Both the position numbers and the translations under genes were made by a program. The notes below the pieces were generated by a model. It had not been told where the DNA came from, did no database searches, and saw only the letters and a list, made by a program, of their open reading frames with translations. This document shows positions 37,873 through 48,575 of a stretch of 48,575 bases of DNA, in pieces (the first letter of the stretch is position 1; every line of letters starts with the position of its first letter). This stretch comes from Anthoceros angustus (taxonomy: Eukaryota; Plantae; Anthocerotophyta), in the NCBI GenBank assembly GCA_010909165.1, contig VJWM01000348.1, positions 1 to 48,575 on the forward strand, read 5' to 3'.

Positions 37873-38395
37873 TGGGTAGGATAGGTCCACAGTGGGGTAC
37901 ACCCTACCGAGGTAGGGAACAAGGTAGGGAACAAGTAGGGGATGTGAGTATGTAGGGGTGATGTGGTGGCCCAAGGTAGGATGTAGGGCAGTGGCACATG
38001 TGAGGGTAGTTAGCAGGTAGACAGGTAAGATGAGAGGTCTACCGTAGGGAGTGGTGAGGTCTACGTAGGCAAGAGGAGGAAGAGGAAAGGAATCAATATA
38101 TCAAGGAGTTTACCACACCAAAGGGCCATGCAAGCGGGTGTGTAGGGAGTGGCACCTAGGAAGCTGCGAGGAATCGCGAGGTGAGAACGCGACCCAGTGT
38201 GTGCAAGGAGAAGGAGGTATGCGTGCATAAGGAGTTGTGTGTGAAGGGATTTGAAGCACAACCGTGAAGAGGGCAGCTGAATTTTTTGTGTGCCTAGGAC
38301 CTTGCAAGTGAGGGATTTGAAGCATAAGGAGTTGTGTTGTGAGGACATCAAGTTTGAGCTAGGTGGGACCGTGGAGGAAGAGGAAGTAAGTGGAA

Positions 38396-38659
38396 TGATG
38401 AAAATCATGCTGCTCAGCATAAAAGATGCTTGCATTATAAATGTATATAATAGAAAGTACAAAGCCTATTTATAGGCAAGGTGGTTAGGTGGTTAGACGG
38501 TTATAACCATAAGTTGTTATAACCAATTGGTTGTAACTAATATAACAACTAACCTCCTAGGACAACTAACTAAGTAACTACTTAATGCCCTAGAGATAAA
38601 TTAAAGCATAAGTAAAGGTGCCCTAGTGAATAGTGCCCTAAACTATATGTATTTTATCA
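38396..38659 (-). repeat. 3' LTR of Copia-2
   Basis: Direct repeat of 45386-45650; TGAT...ATCA termini. Confidence 0.93.
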
Positions 38660-40433
38660 CTCCCACTCACTATGAACGTAGGGGTGAAAATAAGCTACAA
38701 AATGAGACTAAATACACTAGCAAACTCCTACTAGATAGATAGTTACTAGCTCGTAAAATAAACCGATAGTCTATGTAGCTTAGCAAACTAAACTAAATAA
38801 ATAATTAATAGATATGTTAAATAGGTATTTAGAAAAAAAGCAAAAGAAAACCGAAATAAAGAAATGGGGATAATTGCAAAACCCCATCCCGAAATTAAAT
38901 GGGGTGGATAATGCAAAACCCCCCACGGGATCCACCCGGTGGGTACGGCGGTTATGCCGCGCCACGCATGGGTGGCTCACCGGGGTGGCGCAAAACACGC
39001 GGGCCGGGATGGCGGCCCGAGCTCATGGAGCCTCCACCGCCGGAGCGCCGGCGAGCGTGAGGCCCCGCGAGCATTGGCGGCGCATACAAGGGCGGCAACA
39101 TGAGCAAGAACTGCGCTGACGGAGCACCCGACGGGAATACGACGCAAAACTCGCGACTTTGATTGCACCGCAGTCTTGATCCCGGCCATCAAAAATTCCG
39201 AGGCGTGGGCGCTCACCGATCCACAAATTGTGTGCTTTGACGATGGTAATCCGGAGATGGCAATCGGTGAAGTCCCGTCGATGGCGAAGCTCCCGCCGAT
39301 TTGGAAATTCAACGATTGGTACCGCCAACGGCGATGTGTGGGTGCCGAGGGGTGAAGTCGTTACCCAAACGTGGAGGAGACCAAATGGGAGATGAGTGGA
39401 TCCTCCCACTAGAACTCCAAACAGATGGTACCCATCTCCTCTTCGTGAGAAGAGATTGTCGCTCGCCTTGGAGTCGAGGAGTGAAGATGAGAATTTGCCG
39501 GGTTGTTGATCGGAGGTCTCGTCGAAGCCCCTTCTCTTGACGAGACATGGTGTGATGACACATTGATGAAGAGGACTCCGGTGGGAGCCAAGCCGATGTT
39601 GAAGATGCTCCTCATCCGTGCGAAGGAAGTGGCGTCCGCCTCGTCAATGATGATTTCACGACGCCAAAAGTGCCAATGATCTCCACAAACTAGCCTCGTA
39701 TGTTAACTTCGCATATATGCTACAAAGTGATAGATAGCATGTATACTAATGGGATGATCCATTGGCGGATCTAGCGGTGGAAAACTTGATGGATGAAATG
39801 AAGACACAGAGGAAAGTGGAAGGGCAAGAGCAAGGTGGTAGCAGAGAGTGGAAAAGAAAGTAAGTAGGAATAGGAAGTAGGTTGCTCCTATTTGTAAGAA
39901 TAAAGTTTTTTTTTAAGCATAAAAAAAATATGTGGTTGTAGGGATGGACAAGTGTGTGGGCACGGATCACTTGAGGATTGCTATCCCACAAAGAGTGGTC
40001 CTCAAGCAACAAGGACAGGATATGCACACTGGATGCTATCTTCCTATGGGAAGTTTGATGAAAGCTACCCACTTGATATGCCCCGGGATAAGGATAGTTA
40101 CCATGCCCCACAGTAATATGTTTGCCATAAGAAAGGAATCAAAATGGTATGGTTGGGAGCTGCCCCATGTGCTGAGTATGAAGGACATACTAAGCATACT
40201 TATAGTACCTAATGCCATTTATGACTTAAATAGCATTTAATAATTTATTTATTTTTATATTAACATGACTCCTAAATTTTGTGAATAGGATCCGGGCATT
40301 GGAGCGAGAAGCTCGAATACTATGAAGACTATTTAGAAATAGAAGAGGAACTTGATCATTTGGACAAACTGTGTGGCTTGTAGCCAAGGTTAACTTTTAG
40401 TTGCCCACTTATGTTCCTCTATAGCTAGCTGAG

Positions 40434-43400
40434 TTAGGGTGGCTTAGACTTGATATCTAGTATCCCTAAACTCTTCATGTGCTTGCTATGTAAATCACGA
40501 CCTAATGACTTGGTTAATATATCGGCCGGATTTTCCTGAGTTTGGATGTAATTTATGTCTATTGTTTTGTTTTCTAGCATTTCACGAATGTAGTGGTATT
40601 CAATTGCTATGTGCTTTGTTCTGGAGTGGAAGACGGGATTTCTAGCTAGGGCTATGGCCCCTTGACTATCACTGAACAAAGGTGTGGGATTATGTTGGGG
40701 GTGACCAAGTTCGCCCAAAGCTAACCTACACCAAACTATATCTTTTGAGACTGAGGTTAGGACTCTATACTCGACTTGGATGACAAAGCAATTGTAGGTT
40801 GTTTTCTTACTTGACCAAGAGATTGGAGCACCTCCCAATAGTAGAACATAGCCGACATCTGATTTACGGTGTCCGGATCACGCAAGATAGTCGATCAAGA
40901 TATCCGTTAGATTAAATTGGTATGCGGGTTTGTACTTGTAAGTCAATCCGTGTGCATAGTTCCTTTGAGGTATCCGAAGATACGCTTGATACAGCCAATG
41001 TTCCTCTGTGGTTCTCTAGGAATCGTGGAACATGCACTAACTTCAAAAGAAATGTCGGGTCTTGTGAAGTTACTTAAGTAAATCAGGTGCCAACAAAGAT
41101 GTCTATATGGTACCGCCGACATCTCATGCTTCTCCAGATCTGCTTTTAGGGCTCATATCTGAGGTGAGCCTAATGCCACTAGCAAAAGGGGTAGTGGCTT
41201 CTTCTAATCCAAATTTTGTTAAACTCTCTTTAATATACTTAGTCCGAACTAAGCTTAGAGTTTTGTTGCCTCTATCCTGATGATATTAACGCCAAGGGCA
41301 TAAGTCATCTCCGAGATCGCCATCTCAAAATGACTTCGTAACCATGCCTTGATTTCACTAGGAGGGATAAGGAAGATGAGGCCATAAACAAGTTACATAA
41401 AGTAGAAGGTAAATTATATCACTTCTCGATTTCATGTACATGCTAGCATCGGCTTTGCTTCGCTTTGAAGCCACGATTAACTAGCTTGACATGACGACAT
41501 TCCATTCTTTGCCTCGATTGCTTCAGCCATGCACTTAATAAGTTTGCACACCCAATCTTCCTTTCCTTGACCTCATAGCCTCAGTCGTCTCATAGATCTC
41601 CTCTTGTAGACGCCCATGCGTAAGTCTTGACATCCATCATGTGGAGGTGAAGGTCATGTTGTGTGGTTAAGGCTAAGATCATTCTTAGGAGGCAAACTTG
41701 GCAACCGGTGCATAAGTGGCATGGGGTAGATAATCTAAACTGTGGATCCGGTAAACCCTCTAGCCACTAATCGTGCCTTGTATCTCTCAATGGAACCATC
41801 ACCCTTTCGCTTTGATTTTGAATACCCACTTGCTAGTCACTATTTTTCGCCTTAGGTGGTTTCACCAATTCCCATGTCGAGTTTTTAACTAATGAGTTAT
41901 ACTGACATCGCTACTTTCCACAAGTCTTTCTCTGAGAGGAAAATGCTTGTTTCAAGGTCGAGGTTCTTCGGGATCAAAGTGGCTTTATAGCCCGGTGAAA
42001 AGGGAGAAGGAGAAATAGGATCATCAAAGGTAGCAAGGTATCCGGGTGGTTCTTTCCATCCCAGTCCCGAAATAATGGTCTAGTTCTCGTTGTACCTTGG
42101 TGCGTTGTTCATCATCAACGACCTCTTCATGAGCGGTTCAGATATAGGAGAAGCGAGCTCATCTTGACCGATAATCATCCTCAAGAGGTTCTTCGTGTCC
42201 TCGCGGGATGTCCTCAAGGTGTTGAGGTTCTTGAGATCCGGAGTCGAGGTCGAGGGCCGAGGATATGTAGCTCCTCCTCCCGCGATAGGTGCAACAACAG
42301 AACAGGAGCAGGACAATATGTTGAGTTATGAAAATCATGATCATCAAAAGATGAATACCGGTGTTCTCGGGAGGAAGAACATCATGAGGAGTGTCCGCAG
42401 AGCTCCCACCAAGGTGAAAGTATGGGACTCATTAAAAGTGACACTCGCATATAAGAGCTTCGGTAGGTGGATCAAATAGTTTGTATCCTTTGATGCCTTC
42501 TGTAGCCAATGAAAGTACTTATGCCTTTAGGATCTAGCTTCTTCAGTGCTTTAGGTATAAAGACATAAGCGGAGATCCAAAAACTCAAGATGGTCGATTG
42601 AAGGCTTCCTACCAATAAAGGCTTCATAAGGTGTCCTTGACCGCAGATGTCGGATCTTGATGAGATAGGTTCGCATGGCCTCTGCCCAATAAGTCTTGGA
42701 TAATTTAGCTTGGGAGAGCAAGCAACCTGTGATCTCTTGAAGGCGTAGGTTCTTATTCTCTGCTACGCCGTTTTGCTGAGGTGTATGTACAACTGTGAGT
42801 TGTTGAGCTATGCCTTCAGCTCGACAAAAATCAGCAAATTCATGAGATGTAAACTCTCCTCCATTGTCGGAACGGAGGGTCTTGAGTTTTCTGTCTGTAA
42901 GTCTCTCTGCCCACATCATGTAGTCCTTGAAAAACTGAAAGGCTTGGCTTTTGTGTTTCAGGATGTATGTGAGGACAAAACGAGAATAATCATCTATGAA
43001 TGTTAAGAAATATCCGCAACTGAAAGGATGGTGAAATAGGGCCGCAAATGTCTGTGTGGACCAACTCAAGGGTTCTTGGGAGAGTGGTTGTGGAAGGAGC
43101 CTGTGCCTTTGGTGGTGACACAGTTTCACACTGTGATAGGGTTCTATCTTGGATAGGGAAGGTGTTCTATAAAAATTTCCTTAGACATTTGGATGAGTTT
43201 TTGGCTATTAGGATGACCTAGTCGGCAATGCCAAAGTGTGGTGTTGGAGGAGGTGGTAATTGTGGGTGGCTACATTCATGCTATGTAAGGGACCCACTTG
43301 GACGGATAGTTTGTATAGGCCGTCCTCTAGTGAGCGAGATATAGTATGTGACTTACTTGTGAGATGGGAAATAAGACAACTATCCATGAAGAATGACTTG

Positions 43401-44450
43401 CATGCTATGTTCTAACATAAGCTAGCGACACTAGATTTTACACATGGATGGTACGTGAAGGACATGGGAAGAGAGAGAACTTGGCCTCAAGAACATCCGA
43501 GAACAACGAACCTACACCAGATGGGAGGTTGTGATCATCGCCAAGAGACACCGGTGTCCTGGGCGAATAAGACTCAAAAGAGTTTTTTGTGACAGATATG
43601 TGATGTAGCTCCTTCTAAATACCAATATTGGTTTGATGGCTTTGATGATGCCATGCAGTGAGAGCTGTTGTGGAAGATTGTTTCTTCACTACAACATGCG
43701 CTCCAGAGGCGGCCTCCTTCCTAGGCTCGCTTCTTTTCTTGCCCTTCTCCATATGGTTGAATTCGCACACATTACAAATAACTCCGCCTTCTTATTACCT
43801 CTTGCAGTCAAGAAGACGAGTATTCACCACCGTGAATATTGGTTGGGATCGTGAAGAACAGTCCCCGCCACCCTCGACCTCTTCCTCTTCCAGTGAACAT
43901 CACCGTCGTTGATCCGGATTCATGTCGACGACTTTGGTCCTCCCGTATGATTGCTCCAATCAATTCGACGCTTAAATCCAAATCGGCATCACCGAGGCTT
44001 CATGATTTCTGAGCGGGAGAACGCTTTTGAGTAGTCACGAAAGCCTGGAGGAGGTGGTAGAGGCGAAGAGTCATGAAAGATTGTTCGGTCAACTTGCGGA
44101 TGTCGCTTCAAGGTTGGACTTGGCGATTCGAAAATTTGATATGATTGTCATTCTCTCTCATCTTGAGATTATGAAAATTGCGGTACGACAACAAGCTCAT
44201 TACATCCTTAGATGAATATAATCAAGGCGGTCCCACATGTCCTTGGAGGAATCGGCGAAACTTGGCGAACCATGGATTGAAGTCCACTCACTAGAATATC
44301 TTGGGCCTTGATCCTTATTGTCCCATTCTTCTATAGAGTCGAATCCCACATGGGACGATCATTGGAACCACTCACTATATCCCATAGTTCACGCAATACT
44401 CCTTTCATGCGAATACTCCATACATCATATCCTTTTCCATTGAATCTATC
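40434..44450 (-). pseudogene. Copia-2 gag-pol polyprotein (frameshifted in this assembly)
   Basis: RNase H ORF 40434-40838 (GAPISWSSKK, FSDSQGAIALARNPVFHSRTKHI, ADILTKSL); integrase ORF 42551-43129 (YFLTFIDDYSR, LRSDNGGEF, TPQQNGVAE); WHCRLGHP ~43212-43235; protease GATSHIC ~43595-43615. Confidence 0.93.
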
Positions 44451-44899
44451 CTTTTCCTTAAAGCTATCTCCATGAACCATCGCTGACGCCTTTGGATCAT
44501 GTTTGAGTTTTTCTTTCTTTAGCCTTTCGGCTTCCCAACTCTTCTTCTCATCTTCAAGCCATTTGGCCTTCTCCCTCTAGCCAACGCTTTTAACTTTTTC
44601 AAGTTGATTAATATCGAGTCGTCAACATTCACCCCATCGCAGTGAGTTCAAAATAGACGATTAATTTGTCCGATAGGCACTTGGTTTCCGATCGCTGGTG
44701 AGAAAGGACATGCGAGCGATCATCTCGGCTTATATTTATGGAATATCTGTCTCATCAAAAATCAATCTCCTTTGGGAAGGAGCCTATCTAGATGATCTCG
44801 AATATTGCTAATTTCTTGTTGCAAAAGGCAAAATTAGAATGATTGGATTTTGGGTAAGTCTAATGTTACTCTTTATGCAACCAAGAGTTTCTAGCAAAT

Positions 44900-45291
44900 T
44901 ATTCAAGCCGGAAATGAAGGGCCAGCAACCAAGTTAGGAATATGTTGAAGAGCTAATTGCGTAAACTTGCAATAAATCAAAAGAGGTAAGTAGGTCTTGT
45001 CTAGCAAGTCTAATCAAATTCCCTTGATCCGGTGACTTAATCAAAATAGATCCAATGAAATTAGCAACTTGTTTAGAGACTACTTCAAGCTCTTCATGCC
45101 ATGCACTTTGTTGTTTTTGTGGTCCTTCGCTTCTCTTGCCTTGCAGCCTTGATATTTCTCCAAACTCCTTGTTTAGTGGGATTTGGTGAATTCATGGTGC
45201 AAAAGGATTTGATGCACAAATTGTGCATCCTCAAAGCATGATCTTGAGCTTGATCCATTTGCCAAAGCGAGATCTCGCATAGAAGTTCCAT
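44900..45291 (-). CDS. Extra ORF or N-terminal extension upstream of gag in Copia-2 (frameshifted)
   Basis: Manual translation gives GVWRNIKAARQE...KQVANFIGSILIKSPDQGNLIRLARQDLLTSFDLLQVYAI..ALQHIPNL, homologous to 2501-3034. Confidence 0.6.
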
Positions 45292-45385
45292 TTAAAGATC
45301 TAATTGGAAAGGAAGCATAGGAGAATGGATGCCTTAGGAGGAAATAGGAAAGTAGCTCTAGCATCAAGAGCAAAGCTCGATACCA

Positions 45386-45650
45386 TGATGAAAATCATGC
45401 TAAGCTCTAGCATAAAAGATGCTTGCATTACAATGTATATAATAGAAAGTACAAAGCCTATTTATAGGCAAGGTGGTTAGGTGGTTAGAGTTATAACCAT
45501 AAGTTGTTATAACCGCACTGGTTGTAACTAATATAACAACTAACCTCCTAGGACAACTAACTACGTAACTACTTAATGCCCTAGAGATAAATTAAAGCAT
45601 AAGTAAAGGTGCCCTAGTGAATAGTGCCCTAATCTATATGTATTTTATCA
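45386..45650 (-). repeat. 5' LTR of Copia-2
   Basis: Followed on the minus strand by the PBS TGGTATCGAGC. Confidence 0.93.
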
Positions 45651-45893
45651 GAAAAGGGCTGAAGTTGCTCTCTTGGTGGATCTTGTGTAGCGAGTGAAGA
45701 AATCTCGCAATTGTGTGTTATTGAGGTGACAACTAGGTGGAAACGAGCACGTGGGCGTGCCCAAGCTTGTCTTGTTTGTGCAGTTATTTTGAAGGTGCAA
45801 GATGGTGAAAGCGCGTGCACCTAAGAAGGGCAAGTTGGTTGCTAGAGAGCAAGGGGAAGAGGTACCGATGCTTGAATTTAATTGCTTCCCGCA

Positions 45894-47783
45894 TGTGGAG
45901 GCTAGGCACTGGTGGCATTCATGGTTTGCCGGATGACCCCAACACATCCGATGTATATGGAAGGTCAGAGGATGACTCGGAGGAGGAAGAGGAAGGCATG
46001 GAGCAAGATCCGCCACGGGAGACCTTCTTGCAAAAGGGGAGAGCGTGGAGGCGGTACCATAAGAAGTGACCCTACGTCAGGGAGGTGTAGAGGGTGGCCC
46101 CACATCCGTAGGGATCACCAGGTGCGACGATCTAGAGGTAATTGAAGGGGTTGGTGGTAGCTTGGAGTGTGGGCTCATTGCTTGGGGAGACTTTTCTTTA
46201 GAGGAGGACAGATTAATGCTTGTCAACCCAAAGAGGGTGTGTTGACTAGCTAGATAGGAATGTTGACAGAGCCATTAAGGCTCACATAGGTGAAGTTTGC
46301 TAGAATAGAATTTTACCCAAGATGCTTGGATGTCGAACTTAAAGTCCGACAACAGGATACACTAGAATAAGGAGTGAGGCAGGCTGTGAGGCGCCTGTGG
46401 GAGGTCAGATGTGAGGACCTCCTATAAAAGGAGGGAGCTTGTGAAGTAAAATTATCGTGTCGCGCCCCAAACCGCGAGTCCTTTGCTCCTTGTGAAGGAA
46501 TTTCCGGCCGTAAGCTAACGCAAGGCCGTAGAGAGGGAGTTTTGGTCGGAGTGCTTGGCGGAGGGCTCGCCTGCGGGCGCCCGCAGTTGCTCCTTGTGAA
46601 TGGTTGGTGAAATTGCTTTGCTTTGGGTGTGTGGCGATGCCCCAAGGAACTCTGCTTGAGGGTAGACTACAGTGAAAGACTGGAGGTTCTCGCCGTCTGC
46701 AAACTCATAGCAACCCCGCCCAAGGAAGAACTTGTTGGCTTGTAGGTGCACTCCTGTGCCAGCTGTAAGGGCGAGCTAGGGCCCTGAGCTTGAAGTAAGG
46801 TTAGATTAGGAGGATGAGGAGTTGAGTTGAGGTGAGTGTTGAGGAGAATGTGGAGCCGAATGTTGAGTAGAGGAGTAGGTATTAGGAGTAAGAAGAAGGC
46901 CCAAGTCGAGCCTAAGGGAGGGGTCCCAACCGCACCAAACCGAGACCGAAGCCGGGCTAAGGTCTCAAAATCACGGGTGGAGAAGTCGTGCACCGTAGGG
47001 GGTCCCTGTGCGCGAGATGGACCTACAGTAGGGGTGGGACCTATGACCGGATGTCGTTGTAGGTCCAGGAGCGAGATCTGACAAAGCAAAAGGCGAGGTG
47101 TCGTGGCCGCTGCAGGGAGTTTTGTGGGCGCACCAGTTGGGTTGGAGCGCCCGGAAGTTGGAGAGGCCTTGAACTAGGGCGAGGTAATTTATGGGCCAGC
47201 GACCTACCGGGTGGATGCGCCTGCGTTGGGATAGGGTGTCTCCTCCCCACGTAGGAATGAGGGTGTGCTGGCCCACCAGTGCACTGGATCTCCTACAACT
47301 CTCCTACAAGTGGTAGGAGGGGTAGGCCCTACAATTGTTTGTTGTTGGTTGTAGGTCCTGAGGCGGCGATTCGACGGAGCAAAAGGCGGGAGCGCGCCGT
47401 AGAGTTGGTGGTTGACGGCGTGCCAATTGTGGAAGGCGGGAAAGGAATAGTGGAAGATCACGGGGTGGTGAAGTCGCTGCAAACGTAGGGGGTCCCACGT
47501 AGCCCGTCCGACCTACCGCATAGGGGTGTGGACCCCACAATGAGGGTGTCGCTAGGTAGAGGCGTGGTGAATTTACGCAAAGGCGTGTGGTGGTAGCCTG
47601 AGAGGGAGCGTGAGAGGGCGCCTTGTTTGTTTAGGAAGGTCCGAGGTAGTGTGTAGCAGGTAGCGACAGATTTCTCAAGATCCGACTGCTCCACAAGTCT
47701 CATGGGACGCAAAACCCAACGACGAAACGACAAAGGGATAAGTGCCACTATAGGGTGAATTCTTGCCCGGATCCGCCTCCACA
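45894..47783 (+). repeat. 3' LTR of Gypsy element (start tentative)
   Basis: Matches 30147-31951 from 45925 onward. TGTGGAGGC at 45894 is the inverse of the terminal GCCTCCACA, but no clear PPT precedes it. Confidence 0.7.
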
Positions 47784-48575
47784 AGCGGTGGTTGGTGCCA
47801 TACCGTAGGGTGCCACTGCCCCTGTAGGGTCGAGAGGAAGGGTAGATCATACGCGTAAGTCGGGCAGACACGGGTAGGTCAAGGCGTCGACAAAAAGGAA
47901 AATTAGGATAAGGGAGATATCATATATGCCCACCAATAGTGGACTAGATAAATGGGTCGAATAGGAAATTAAAAGCTAGATTGGGCCGTTAGGAAACTAG
48001 GGGAAATAGTATCTTAGTATAAGAGGAATTGGGGAAACTCCAATCAATCAGAAAAAGGTGCCACGTGGTGCATATCCAAGGGCGTAGAGATAGTTACCAT
48101 TCCTAACCCCAAGTTATCTTTATAATCTGCATGTGTGTAGGAGGTCACAACTTGAAGGTGAGGAAGCGCCAACCGCGGAAGGCGCGATTGCTGGATGGCA
48201 AGAGGAATCGGGCGCCGCCTGCAGAAGAAGGCGGGAAGGTACTTGCCCCAAAGGTCAAGGCGGGAAGGTACTTGCCCCAAAAGTCGGGAGTCGAGGTGGG
48301 AAGACCAGCTGAGAAGACCAGCAAAAGGGGATGAGAAGACCAAGGAAAACAGCAAGAAGATAAGGAGGGGTCAATGACCATAAATGAGCTTTGGGGAATG
48401 GGGAAGGATAGGTGGTGGGTTGGCAACATTAATATAGGTGAAGTTGCTAGAATAGAATTTACCTAGGATCGGAGAGTAGACTTAGATGCCGGGCCTTAAA
48501 TCTTGGCGGTAGGAAATAATAGAATATTGGAAAAGGTGACTGCGTTAGGGTCACCCAAGGGAGGTATGTGGAAGG
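47784..48575 (+). mobile_element. Probable fragment of a related LTR retrotransposon (flank/target of the Gypsy element)
   Basis: 48434-48463 'ataggtgaagttgctagaatagaatttacc' resembles LTR position ~30486-30518; ~25 bp tandem duplication at 48228-48281. Confidence 0.35.

Larger units (their letters stand above)
38396..45650 (-). mobile_element. Full-length Ty1/Copia LTR retrotransposon (Copia-2), same family as Copia-1 but diverged
   Basis: LTRs 38396-38659 and 45386-45650; PBS (plus-strand GCTCGATACCA 45375-45385); PPT (CTCCCACTCACT 38660-38671); pol domains. Flanks TGGAA/GAAAA give only an imperfect TSD. Confidence 0.95.
30147..47783 (+). mobile_element. Degenerate Ty3/Gypsy (Athila/Tat-like) LTR retrotransposon containing Copia-2
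   Basis: ~1.8 kb direct repeats at 30147-31951 and 45925-47783 ending CCACA; PBS TGGCGCC..GGGGA; gag, protease-like and integrase remnants. Confidence 0.8.

Noticed and set aside
37410-37884. Tyr/Thr/His/Ile-rich ORFs
   Set aside because: Translations of the (TATG)n microsatellite.
38391-45655. Exact TSD for Copia-2
   Set aside because: Flanks TGGAA and GAAAA do not match exactly. This may be homopolymer error, so no TSD is claimed.

Overview
Eukaryotic (land-plant) repeat-dense DNA with no intact host gene. Degenerate PLS-type PPR fragments suggest a non-seed plant such as a lycophyte, fern or hornwort (inference). The left 27.4 kb is a head-to-tail array of three ~7.4 kb minus-strand units. 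Each unit encodes a large unidentified ORF1 followed by a Penelope-like (PLE) reverse transcriptase (GIPMG...RYIDDI...FDKR...SNRP...SQ), with no GIY-YIG endonuclease recognisable. Units are joined by short (GATA)n tracts, and the array is capped by a ~680 bp (GATA)n tract. A full-length Copia LTR retrotransposon (AATTT target duplication) interrupts the first unit. To the right lie PPR pseudogene fragments, the right end of a CACTA transposon, and a degenerate Gypsy element with ~1.8 kb LTRs that contains a second Copia of the same family. Indels cluster at CG/CHG sites, so many frameshifts are probably long-read consensus errors. The most interesting system is the endonuclease-less, (GATA)n-delimited PLE array.
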